Below are positions 1 to 9,229 of a stretch of 64,000 bases of DNA, in pieces. This DNA is from Bacteroidales bacterium. GTDB lineage: Bacteria; Bacteroidota; Bacteroidia; Bacteroidales; B39-G9. The position numbers and the translations under genes are program-made. The number at the start of each line of letters is the position of its first letter. Position 1 is the stretch's first letter. Where the stretch lies: contig JAGLWK010000006.1 of NCBI GenBank assembly GCA_023133485.1, positions 12,218 through 76,217 on the forward strand, in the 5' to 3' direction. Under the pieces are notes generated by a model. It did not search any database. It was not told where the DNA came from and was given only the letters and a program-made list of their open reading frames with translations.

Positions 1-1326
1 ATTGCAAATTCATATCTAAAATTATCAGAACCAAATAAAGCCTTAAAATATGCTTTAGAAAGCAAAGAATTAGTAAAAAATATTGATTCAAAAGAATACC
101 AAAAGAATGTTTATCAAATTTTATCGGAAATTTATGCTGAATTGATTAATTATTCTGAAGCATACAAATATAAAGTTGAATCTGCAATACTACAGGATTC
201 TATTTATAATAATGATATTAAAAACAGAATCACAAATTTACAGGCAATATATGAACTTGATAAAAAACATACAGAAATTAAATTGTTAAAAAAAGTAAAT
301 GAAATTCAACAATTAATTCGTAATATTTTTATTGTTGGATTTATTGCAGTTATTATAGTTGTTATAGTGATATTTATTAGTCTTAAACAAAAACAAAAAG
401 CTAATAAAACTTTAATCAAAAAAAAGAATGAAATAAATAAACAGAAAAAAGAAATTCAATATCAGGCAGAAAACTTACAGGAAATAAATATTTTATTAAA
501 GGACAAAAACAATGAAATAAATATCCAAAAAAAGAAAATTGAAAAAACACATAGTCAAATTACTGACAGTATTAATTATGCAGGACTTATTCAGACTGCT
601 GTTTTACCATCATATGAAGACATTAATAAAATATTAACTGAATATTTTATCCTTTTTAAACCAAGAGATATTGTAAGTGGAGATTTTTACTTAATTAAAA
701 AAATAAATGAGTATATTATTATTGCTTTAGCTGATTGTACAGGACACGGTGTGCCTGGAGCATTTATGAGTATGCTTGGTATAGCTTTAATAAATGAAAT
801 AGTGAGAAAAAATGAAATTTATTCTCCCGATAAAGCCTTAAATAATCTTAGAGAACATATAAAAACATTATTAAATCAAAAAGGATTTGATGGATATAGT
901 AATGAATCACATGATGGAATGGATATTGCTCTTTGTGCTATTAACACAAAAACCAATATTATACAATATGCTGGTGCTAATAATCCTATGTATATAATAA
1001 GAGAAAATGATAAAAAAACCGAATTAATTGAACTGAAACCTGATTATATGCCGATAGGTATTTATATAAAAGAACAACCCTTCAATAGCATTACAATGCA
1101 GCTTAAAAAAAATGATGTATTATATCTTTTCTCTGATGGATATATTGACCAGTTTTCCCAAAAAGGAGGCAATAAGTTTCTTAAAAGCAGATTCAATGAA
1201 ATATTGCTTGGAATTTATAATAAACCAATGAATGAACAAAAAGAAATACTTGACAAAACTATCGAAAATTGGAAAGGAAATATTGAACAAATTGATGATA
1301 TTACAGTGTTTGGGATTAGAATTTGA
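1..1326 (+). CDS. TPR / single-TM / SpoIIE-PP2C family protein phosphatase (5' end outside window)
   Basis: Frame 1 is open from base 1 (IANSYLKLSEPNKALKYALES..., TPR-like) into listed ORF 142..1326. It has one TM helix (IFIVGFIAVIIVVIVIFISL), a K/E/Q-rich coiled coil, and PP2C/SpoIIE motifs SGDFY, ADCTGHGVPGAFMSM, DGMDIAL, FSDGY, DDITV. Confidence 0.8.
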   Translation: MANSYLKLSEPNKALKYALESKELVKNIDSKEYQKNVYQILSEIYAELINYSEAYKYKVESAILQDSIYNNDIKNRITNLQAIYELDKKHTEIKLLKKVNEIQQLIRNIFIVGFIAVIIVVIVIFISLKQKQKANKTLIKKKNEINKQKKEIQYQAENLQEINILLKDKNNEINIQKKKIEKTHSQITDSINYAGLIQTAVLPSYEDINKILTEYFILFKPRDIVSGDFYLIKKINEYIIIALADCTGHGVPGAFMSMLGIALINEIVRKNEIYSPDKALNNLREHIKTLLNQKGFDGYSNESHDGMDIALCAINTKTNIIQYAGANNPMYIIRENDKKTELIELKPDYMPIGIYIKEQPFNSITMQLKKNDVLYLFSDGYIDQFSQKGGNKFLKSRFNEILLGIYNKPMNEQKEILDKTIENWKGNIEQIDDITVFGIRI

Positions 1327-1391
1327 TGTTATTTTTTTAGTAAAAAAAAGTTAATTATATATAATTATAAATAATAAATAAACTTATAAAA

Positions 1392-3548
1392 ATGAGAATT
1401 TTAATATTTATATACATTATTTTTCAACTAATTTTGATAAATAATAACAGCCTAATTGCTCAAAATAGAATTGTTATCGACAGCCTGAATAATGAGCTTA
1501 AAACTGCTACAGAAGATTCCCAAAAGGTATTTTTCCTGAATGAATTAAGTTGGGAATATATATTTTCAGATACTGAAAAATCCAAAGAATATGCTCAACA
1601 AGCATTTGAATTAGCTGATAATATAAATTATAAAAAAGGAATTGCGCAGGCATATAATAACTTTGGTATAATCTGTCATATACAGGGTAACAATGACTTG
1701 GCTTTAGAATATTATAAAAAAAGATTAAAAATTAGTATTGAACTTAATGATAAATCTGGTATATCAAGTTGTTATAATAACATGGGAATTTTAAATAAAA
1801 ATCAGGGTAATTATATTGAGGCAATTATATGTTATCAAAACTCATTAAAAATATTTGAAGAGTTAAATGATAAGCTAAATATTTCGAAATGTTTAAGTAA
1901 TATTGGAAATTTACATATCTATCAATCAGATTTCTTAAAAGCATTGGATTATAACGAAAAAGCATTAAAAATTAAATATGAAATAAATGATAAAAAAGGA
2001 ATAGCAGATTGTTACAATGGAATTGGATATATATATACCAAAATGAATAATTATTTAAAAGCTATTGAATATTATCAAAAAGCATTAAAAATAAAAGAAG
2101 AAATAGGAGATAAACGTGGTATTTCACATTGTTATAATCATATAGGTAATAATTATAAAAATAAGAAAAATTATAAAAAGGCAATTGAGTATATAAGAAA
2201 ATCTTTAAAATATAAACAGGAAATGGGAGATAAACGTGGTATTTCTTTTGTTTTCACAGATATAGCAGATATTTATCTATTACAAAATAATTATTCAAAA
2301 TCAATTGAATTAAATTGTAAAGCCCTTGAAATATCTAAAGAAATAGGGGATAAGCATCAAATTCAAAGTGCTTATCAAAGCCTTTCTAAAAATTATGAAA
2401 AACTGAACAATTATAAAAAAGCATTTGAATATAATATTCTTTATATTGAAATGCATGATAGCATTTTTAATGAAGAAAAACATAAACAAATAGCTGAACT
2501 TGAAACAAAATATCAAACCGAAAAAAAAGAGCAGGAAATAAAACTACAAAAAGCCGAATTAGATAAAAAAGAAATAAAAATAAAACAACAAACAACACAA
2601 AAGTATGCTTTTCTATGTGGATTTATATTAGTTGCCATGTTAGGATTAGTGGTTTTATACAGTTACCGTCAAAAGAAAAAAGCAAATATTCTTCTTGCCA
2701 AACAAAACGATGAAATTCTTCAGCAAAAAGAAGAGATTACTACCCAAAGGGATGAGATAGTAATACAAAGAGACACAATTACTATACAAAAAGAAGAAAT
2801 TACTGATAGCATAAAATATGCCAAGCGAATACAAACAGCAGTGCTTCCTGATGAAAATACTGTAAAACAGGTATTATCGGAACATTTTGTGCTTTTCAAA
2901 CCAAAAGATATTGTCAGCGGCGATTTTTACTGGATGATCCAAAAAGAAGATAAAATAATTTTAGTAGCTGCCGATTGTACCGGACATGGTGTGCCTGGTG
3001 CATTTATGAGCATGCTCGGTATTTCATTTTTAAACGAAATAATTATTAAACACAAGATTACTACTGCAAGTGAGATACTTAATAAATTACGAACATATGT
3101 AAAAGAAACATTAGGACAAACCGGTGAAACAGGCGAAGCAAAAGATGGTATGGACATTGCTTTATGTATTTTTGACTATAAGAATATGAAATTACAATAT
3201 TCAGGAGCATATAATCCATTGTATATAATACGAAATAGTGAACTTCTTGAAACAAAAGCTGATAAAATGCCTATAGGTATCCATATTAAAGAGAAAGAAA
3301 GTTTTACCAATCATGATATCAATATTAACAAAGGTGATGCAATATACATGTTTTCTGATGGTTATGCTGACCAGTTTGGGGGTGAAAACGAAAGTAAATT
3401 TAAAACCAAACCATTTAAAGATTTATTAATTAATATTCAGAATGAATCTATGAGTAAACAAAAAGAAATACTTGATAAAACTATCGAAGATTGGAAAGGA
3501 AACCTTGAACAAATCGATGATATTACAGTCATTGGAATTAGAATATAA
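1392..3548 (+). CDS. TPR-repeat / single-TM / SpoIIE-PP2C family protein phosphatase
   Basis: 718-aa ORF with a signal/anchor N-terminus and about 8 TPR-like units (Y.N.G..Y...G.Y..A..YY.K.L.I). It has a TM helix (FLCGFILVAMLGLVVLY), a coiled coil, and the same C-terminal phosphatase motifs as the upstream paralog. Confidence 0.85.
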   Translation: MRILIFIYIIFQLILINNNSLIAQNRIVIDSLNNELKTATEDSQKVFFLNELSWEYIFSDTEKSKEYAQQAFELADNINYKKGIAQAYNNFGIICHIQGNNDLALEYYKKRLKISIELNDKSGISSCYNNMGILNKNQGNYIEAIICYQNSLKIFEELNDKLNISKCLSNIGNLHIYQSDFLKALDYNEKALKIKYEINDKKGIADCYNGIGYIYTKMNNYLKAIEYYQKALKIKEEIGDKRGISHCYNHIGNNYKNKKNYKKAIEYIRKSLKYKQEMGDKRGISFVFTDIADIYLLQNNYSKSIELNCKALEISKEIGDKHQIQSAYQSLSKNYEKLNNYKKAFEYNILYIEMHDSIFNEEKHKQIAELETKYQTEKKEQEIKLQKAELDKKEIKIKQQTTQKYAFLCGFILVAMLGLVVLYSYRQKKKANILLAKQNDEILQQKEEITTQRDEIVIQRDTITIQKEEITDSIKYAKRIQTAVLPDENTVKQVLSEHFVLFKPKDIVSGDFYWMIQKEDKIILVAADCTGHGVPGAFMSMLGISFLNEIIIKHKITTASEILNKLRTYVKETLGQTGETGEAKDGMDIALCIFDYKNMKLQYSGAYNPLYIIRNSELLETKADKMPIGIHIKEKESFTNHDININKGDAIYMFSDGYADQFGGENESKFKTKPFKDLLINIQNESMSKQKEILDKTIEDWKGNLEQIDDITVIGIRI

Positions 3549-3765
3549 ATACATATCTATATAATTATTTTTTTTATTTGCTTTTGCAGTATAAAATTTC
3601 TTAACTTACCTAATATTAAATTATTTTGTTGTGTTAATAACAAGATAACGTATTGTAACAAAAAGCTAAGGCTTAGCCTGTACATTACATTATATTTTCT
3701 ATCATACAGTTATTAACATCTTGAAAAACAATAAGTACATTATTCACATTTTAAAAATCACAAAA

Positions 3766-4254
3766 ATGAAAAAAATTTCCTTCATAGTTTTTTTATTACT
3801 ATTTGCTAGTAAGTTAATTTATAGCCAAAGTAATTCTCCTGAAGTTATTTCTACAACAGGAAATTATTTTGAAAACGAAAATGCTTCATTAAGTTTTACA
3901 ATTGGTGAACCAATTATAGAAACCCTATCAGGAAGTGATTTAATTATAACCCAGGGCTTTCAGCAAAGCAAATATGAAATTACTCCGGTAATTGATATTT
4001 TGGGTGATGATATTTTTGTTAAGGTATATCCGAATCCAACATCACAATTTATTATTGTTGATATTGGACAATATACTGCTGAAAAATATTCTTTGGATAT
4101 TATCAATATCAAAGGCGAAAGACTTTTTAACACACGGATTGTCAATGAAAAAACTATTTTAAATTTAGATAAGTATTCTTTATCAGAATTAATATTAAGA
4201 ATTTTTAATGATAAAAATAAAATGATAAAGAGTTTTAAAATAATCAAAATCTAA
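3766..4254 (+). CDS. small secreted protein with T9SS (Por) C-terminal sorting domain
   Basis: The ATG at 3766 gives MKKISFIVFLLLFASKLIYSQ, a signal peptide; the listed TTG at 3721 is less likely. The C-terminal ~80 aa (VKVYPNPTSQFIIVD...YSLDIINIKGERLF...IKSFKIIKI) fits the T9SS CTD pattern. It is a near-identical paralog of 14421..14909. Confidence 0.75.
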   Translation: MKKISFIVFLLLFASKLIYSQSNSPEVISTTGNYFENENASLSFTIGEPIIETLSGSDLIITQGFQQSKYEITPVIDILGDDIFVKVYPNPTSQFIIVDIGQYTAEKYSLDIINIKGERLFNTRIVNEKTILNLDKYSLSELILRIFNDKNKMIKSFKIIKI

Positions 4255-4280
4255 TTAGAGCTTGTCTATAAAGTTGATAA

Positions 4281-4363
4281 AAACCCTCGGGGTTTAATAA
4301 AATTATAAAAATATAAATTGTAAAATATTTGTTTTCAATTAATTAGTAAAACCCCGAGGGTTT
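4281..4363. repeat. pair of mutually reverse-complementary 15-nt hairpin sequences flanking a 53-bp AT-rich spacer
   Basis: AAACCCTCGGGGTTT (4281-4295) and AAACCCCGAGGGTTT (4349-4363) each form a 6-bp stem with a 3-nt loop. The two are exact reverse complements including the loop. The same arrangement recurs at 14936-15018. Confidence 0.6.
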
Positions 4364-4376
4364 GATTATAAAGTCC

Positions 4377-4410
4377 GAAAATTCAATTTACTAAACTAAA
4401 ATTATAAATC
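4377..4410 (+). promoter_or_regulatory. conserved leader immediately 5' of all four giant genes
   Basis: AAAATTC(A/T)ATTT(A/C/T)CTAAACTAAAATTATA(A/T)ATC directly precedes the ATG at 4411, 9230, 15066 and 18823. Confidence 0.4.
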
Positions 4411-7400
4411 ATGAAAAAATTATTATTCTTTTTATTTGTTGCTTTGTTTGCAAATATTTATTTATTTGCTCAAACTCCCCAATCTTTTAATTATCAGACA
4501 ATTATCAGAAACAGTTCAGGAGAGATCATAGCAAATCAAAATGTGAGCATGCAGATAAGTATCTTGCTTGGTAGTGTTGATGCAAGTGCTGTTTATACCG
4601 AAACACATCAAGACACAACAAATCAATTTGGTCTGATAAACCTTAAAATAGGAGAAGGGACTACAACAGATGACTTTTCGGCAATTGATTGGGCTAATAA
4701 TTATGCTTTCATAAAAATTGAATTGGATATTAATGGTGGAAGCGATTATCAGGAAATGGGAGTATCACAATTACTTTCAGTACCTTATGCATTATATTCA
4801 AAAAATACCGAAAATGTTAATGATGCAGATGCTGACCCTGAAAACGAAATTCAGGACTTACAAATAAATGGTAATATTTTAACAATAACTCTAAATGGTA
4901 TAGCCACCGAAATTGATTTAAGCCAATATGACCAAAGTGGTATGAATATTAATGATGCAGATGCTGATACAACAAACGAAATTCAAAATTTGGATATTAC
5001 AGGGAATACCTTGTCAATTACACAGGGAAACTCAATAATAATTCCAACAACCGAAAATGTTTGGAGTTCTGACGGTAGTAATATCTTTTATAATCAGGGA
5101 AATGTCGGAATTGGTTCCCTAACACCATCAGGTAGATTAGAAGTAAAAGGAGATGTTACAGGAAGTCCTGATGATATATTATTTGGAGTAATAAATAATA
5201 ATGGTGATACTGTTCTTGCTGTTTATCAAGGAGGAGTGAGAATATATGTTGATACTACTACATCAAAAGCCACAGGTAGTAAAGGAGGTTTTGCAGTTGG
5301 TGGATTTAATGCAGGAAAATCCAATTCAATGGAATATCTTATAGTTACTCCGGACAGTGTTAGAATATATATTGATGATGATACATTAAAAGCTACCGGT
5401 AGTAAAGGAGGATTTGCAGTTGGTGGATTTAATGCAGGAAAAGGAACAATAACAAATGAATTATTAAGAATAACAAAAGATAGTACCCGAATATATGTTA
5501 GTAATGAAACAAAAGCTACCGGCAGCAAAGGAGGTTTTGCAGTTGGTGGATTTAATGCAGGAAAATCAGGAATTACAAATTTTTTACAACTTACACCCGA
5601 TAATTATTTTATTGGAAATCAAAGTGGATTAAATTTAACAAGTGGAATTTATAACTCAACCTTGGGTTACCAAAGTGGTCGTTTTATTAATGAAGGACAA
5701 AGTAATGCATTTATAGGTTATCAAAGTGGTTATAATACAACCATTGGGAGTGGCAATCTTTTTCTTGGATATCAAACAGGTTTTAGTAACGAAGATGGAA
5801 ACTATAATTCATTTCTGGGATATCTCGCAGGCTACTCAAATACAATAGGAACTTTTAATACATTCTTGGGGAGTTTTTCAGGATTCAATAATATTGATGG
5901 ATACAGCAATACTTTTGTCGGTGACTCAACCGGATATAATAATATTAATGGTTATTATAACACCTTTTTAGGAACAGGTTGTGGAAATCATAATATATCC
6001 GGAAATAAAAATGTTTTTATTGGTAATCAATCGGGTTATTTAAATACTTCGGGTATAAGAAATATATTTATTGGTAATCAATCAGGATGGTCAAATACTA
6101 CAGGTGTTCGTAATATTTTTATCGGAAATGTTGCCGGAGCATATCAGGAAACAGGTAGCCAAAATGTTTTTATTGGTAATGCCAGCGGATATTATAGTAC
6201 GGATACATGGGGAAATGTTAACATTGGTTATTATAGCGGATTTACTACTACAACAGGTTCTGCAAATACTTTTGTAGGAGCACTTACAGGATATTCGAAC
6301 ACAACTGGTTTTTCAAATACTTTTATTGGCATTGAAGCAGGATATTCAATGGACACAAGTTGCTGTAATACATTTTTAGGTGATCATGCTGGTTATTTTG
6401 TAACAAGTGGAGAAAGTAATGTTTTTATAGGTGCTAATGCCGGTTATAATGAATCTCAATCAGATATAGCAAGTAGTTCAAATGTATTTATTGGTAATTA
6501 TTCAGGTTTTAATAGCGCCAGTGGTGGAAATAATGTCTTTATTGGAAATGAAGCAGCTCGTAATAATATTGAATCCTGGGATAATGTAATTATTGGAAAT
6601 CAAAGTGGTTTTAGTAATACAACCGGATGGTCAAATGTAATGCTTGGATATGAAGCCGGCAGAAGCAACACAATTGGTAATGCTAATGTTTTTATTGGAA
6701 CCCGTGCAGCTTATAGCAATATTGAAGGATTTAATAATATTATGATGGGAAATAGTGCAGGTTATTTATTCACCATAGGTAATGAAAATATTTTTATAGG
6801 AAATAGCAGCGGATATAACAGCAATGATACATGGGGAAATAATTTTATCGGTTTTGAAAGTGGTATCAGCAATGAATCAGGGAATGCCAATACTTTTGTT
6901 GGAACGAAAACCGGTTATTCAAATATTTCAGGTGGTGTAAATACATTTATTGGATATGAAGCAGGATATTCAAATGTTACAGGATCTGTTAATACATTTC
7001 TTGGCTATAAAGCAGGTCATTCAGTTGATTCAAGTAATAATAATGTGATGATAGGAAGAAGTGTTGGATATTGGGCTAAACAAAGTGAGTCGAATGTTAT
7101 TATGGGAGTTTATGCAGGATTTAATGATTCAGGTAGTGATTTATATAGTGGTTCAAATGTAATAATTGGGCATGAGGCTGCTTATAAAAGTATTGGTGGA
7201 TATTCAAATGTAATTATTGGTGACCTTGCTGGCTATTATAATGAAGAATCATTCAATAATGTTTTTTTGGGTTCTGAAAGTGGATATAGCAATACTACCG
7301 GAAATAGCAATGTTTTTGTAGGAAACAGAAGCGGATTAAGCAATACAACTGCAGGTGACAATGTTTTTATAGGTAACTACAGTGGAAATTTAAACACAAC

Positions 7401-8616
7401 CGGAAGTGAAAATGTTTTTATTGGCTGGATTACCGGGCAATCAAACACAACTGCTAATGGAAACGTCTTTGTTGGTTCTGCATGTGGTGAAAGTAATACA
7501 ACAGGTGATAAAAACACATTTATTGGAATACATGCAGGTCAAAATAATACCGAATCATTTGAAAACACAATAATAGGTGCATGGACAGCTGATCATGATT
7601 CACTTGGAAGTAGAAATACTTTATATGGCTCGCAAGTATGCAGAGACCTTAGAGGAGGATGGGGGAATACTATTTTTGGATACAATGCTGGAAATATTTT
7701 AATTGAAGGTAATAGGAATGTTTTTATTGGCTATCAGGCAGGAGCAAATGAAACAAATTCAAATAGACTTTATATTTCAAATTGGGCAGCAGATTCTATT
7801 CAAGCATTAATATATGGAGAATTTGATAATGATATTTTAATGTTTAACGGGAATGTTGGCATAGGAAAATATCCAAATTATGCATTAGATATAAATGGTG
7901 ATTTAAGTATTAGTGGTTCGATAATTTCAAATGGGCCCCTGGAAGTTGATGGAATTAAATTCTTAAATAGTTTTGGCCCTGATTCAAATTATATGGCTGA
8001 AGGTAACTATATGGCTTTTGGTCATTCTGGGTCTTCGGAAGATTTTATTGGATATAAAAATAACACCTTTTATTTTTTAGATTCACCAGGAGGAGGTGAT
8101 ATACATGATCCTAATTTAGTTTTTGGTGGAAATGTAGCAATAGGAAATATTGATTATACCCAAAAATTAGACGTAGATGGAAATGCTCGTTTCAGACAAG
8201 TTGGTTCTGATGCATTTGCATTTGATCTCAGTATTACAAGTGACGGAACACTTACCACTCAAACTTCGGATAAACGATTAAAAACCAATATACAACCTTT
8301 AAATGAAGGATTGAGCAAAGTTTTAAAACTAAATGGGTATACATTTAACTGGAAGTCTGAAAATGATTCTAAAACAGATGCAGGTTTAATTGCTCAGGAG
8401 GTACTTGAGATTTTTCCAGAAGCAGTTTTCATAAATCCCTACGATGGATACTACGGAATAAACTATTCAAGATTCCCAGCCCTATTTATTGAGGCTTTTA
8501 AGGAACTGAATATAAATATTGAAAATCAACAAAAAATTATTAAGGACCAAAAAAGCAAAATTACAGAACTAGAAAACCGTTTAACCGAAATTGAAAAATT
8601 ATTGACTAAAGAATAG
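4411..8616 (+). CDS. giant secreted beta-solenoid repeat protein, tail-fibre-like, C-terminal peptidase-S74-type intramolecular chaperone domain (type A)
   Basis: 1401 aa with signal peptide MKKLLFFLFVALFANIYLFAQ. It contains three VRIY(V/I)D..(S/L)KATGSKGGFAVGGFNAGK units and dozens of 17-residue N.F(I/L)G...G..NT.G.. repeats, then a neck LYISN...ALIYGEFDND. The C-terminus SDKRLKTNIQPL...GYTFNWK...GLIAQEV..IFPEAV plus coiled coil matches the S74 autoprocessing chaperone pattern. Confidence 0.8.
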   Translation: MKKLLFFLFVALFANIYLFAQTPQSFNYQTIIRNSSGEIIANQNVSMQISILLGSVDASAVYTETHQDTTNQFGLINLKIGEGTTTDDFSAIDWANNYAFIKIELDINGGSDYQEMGVSQLLSVPYALYSKNTENVNDADADPENEIQDLQINGNILTITLNGIATEIDLSQYDQSGMNINDADADTTNEIQNLDITGNTLSITQGNSIIIPTTENVWSSDGSNIFYNQGNVGIGSLTPSGRLEVKGDVTGSPDDILFGVINNNGDTVLAVYQGGVRIYVDTTTSKATGSKGGFAVGGFNAGKSNSMEYLIVTPDSVRIYIDDDTLKATGSKGGFAVGGFNAGKGTITNELLRITKDSTRIYVSNETKATGSKGGFAVGGFNAGKSGITNFLQLTPDNYFIGNQSGLNLTSGIYNSTLGYQSGRFINEGQSNAFIGYQSGYNTTIGSGNLFLGYQTGFSNEDGNYNSFLGYLAGYSNTIGTFNTFLGSFSGFNNIDGYSNTFVGDSTGYNNINGYYNTFLGTGCGNHNISGNKNVFIGNQSGYLNTSGIRNIFIGNQSGWSNTTGVRNIFIGNVAGAYQETGSQNVFIGNASGYYSTDTWGNVNIGYYSGFTTTTGSANTFVGALTGYSNTTGFSNTFIGIEAGYSMDTSCCNTFLGDHAGYFVTSGESNVFIGANAGYNESQSDIASSSNVFIGNYSGFNSASGGNNVFIGNEAARNNIESWDNVIIGNQSGFSNTTGWSNVMLGYEAGRSNTIGNANVFIGTRAAYSNIEGFNNIMMGNSAGYLFTIGNENIFIGNSSGYNSNDTWGNNFIGFESGISNESGNANTFVGTKTGYSNISGGVNTFIGYEAGYSNVTGSVNTFLGYKAGHSVDSSNNNVMIGRSVGYWAKQSESNVIMGVYAGFNDSGSDLYSGSNVIIGHEAAYKSIGGYSNVIIGDLAGYYNEESFNNVFLGSESGYSNTTGNSNVFVGNRSGLSNTTAGDNVFIGNYSGNLNTTGSENVFIGWITGQSNTTANGNVFVGSACGESNTTGDKNTFIGIHAGQNNTESFENTIIGAWTADHDSLGSRNTLYGSQVCRDLRGGWGNTIFGYNAGNILIEGNRNVFIGYQAGANETNSNRLYISNWAADSIQALIYGEFDNDILMFNGNVGIGKYPNYALDINGDLSISGSIISNGPLEVDGIKFLNSFGPDSNYMAEGNYMAFGHSGSSEDFIGYKNNTFYFLDSPGGGDIHDPNLVFGGNVAIGNIDYTQKLDVDGNARFRQVGSDAFAFDLSITSDGTLTTQTSDKRLKTNIQPLNEGLSKVLKLNGYTFNWKSENDSKTDAGLIAQEVLEIFPEAVFINPYDGYYGINYSRFPALFIEAFKELNINIENQQKIIKDQKSKITELENRLTEIEKLLTKE

Positions 8617-9157
8617 ATACAGTAATATAAATCAAAATTACTCTGCCGGGTTTAATAATGTTTCTGATTTAGGTAATATTTTTATAGGAAAATATGCTGG
8701 TTTAAATGAATTAGAATCATACAAATTATATATAGAAAATTTTGATACTAATAGTGCTAATGCCTTAATTTTTGGTGAGTTTGATAATGATAGCATTCGT
8801 TTAAATGTTTCTGAAACCATTTTAAAATTACATCCGGTAAAATTCAAATATTCTGATGAATGGAAAAAACGAAATCCAACAATCAAAGATAAATATTATT
8901 ATAATTTCATTGCTCAGGAATTTAAAGAAGTATTTCCAAATTCAGTAAAAGGGAGTGGAAAATATCTTAAAGATGATAAAGAGGAAATTTTACAATTAGA
9001 TTCTTATAATGCTCAAATTGTTGCAATTAAAGCCATTCAGGAACTAATTAAAGAAAATAAAGAATTAAAAGCTAAAATAAACCAGATAAATGAATTATCT
9101 GAACAGATTAATGAATTAAAACAACTAATTGATGAAAAATTTGCCGAAGGTCATTAA
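8606..9157 (+). pseudogene. start-less orphan C-terminal cassette of a giant-fibre gene (type B S74-like end)
   Basis: The frame is open 8606..9157 with no ATG/GTG/TTG start at its 5' end. It translates to ...GNIFIGKYAGLNELESYKLYIENFDTNSANALIFGEFDNDSIRLNVSETILKLHPVKFKYSDEWKKRNPTIKDKYYYNFIAQEFKEVFPNSVKGSGKYLKDDKEEILQLDSYNAQIVAIKAIQELIKENKELKAKINQINELSEQINELKQLIDEKFAEGH*. This is nearly identical to the end of gene 9230..14050, but the region between the neck and ASETILKL is missing. Confidence 0.7.
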
Positions 9158-9229
9158 ATAATAATCTAATGAATACTATATTCAAAAAATATTAAAAAAA
9201 TTCTATTTACTAAACTAAAATTATATATC

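Noticed and set aside
5226-5528. Antisense ORFs inside the giant genes (5226-5528, 9910-10212, 16100-16315, 19857-20072, 16872-17159 and others)
   Set aside because: They are mirror images of the sense-strand repeats (PALNPPTA.PPLLPVAF is the reverse complement of KGGFAVGGFNAGK). They recur wherever the repeat recurs and lack independent start contexts, so they are artefacts of repetitive low-stop sequence.
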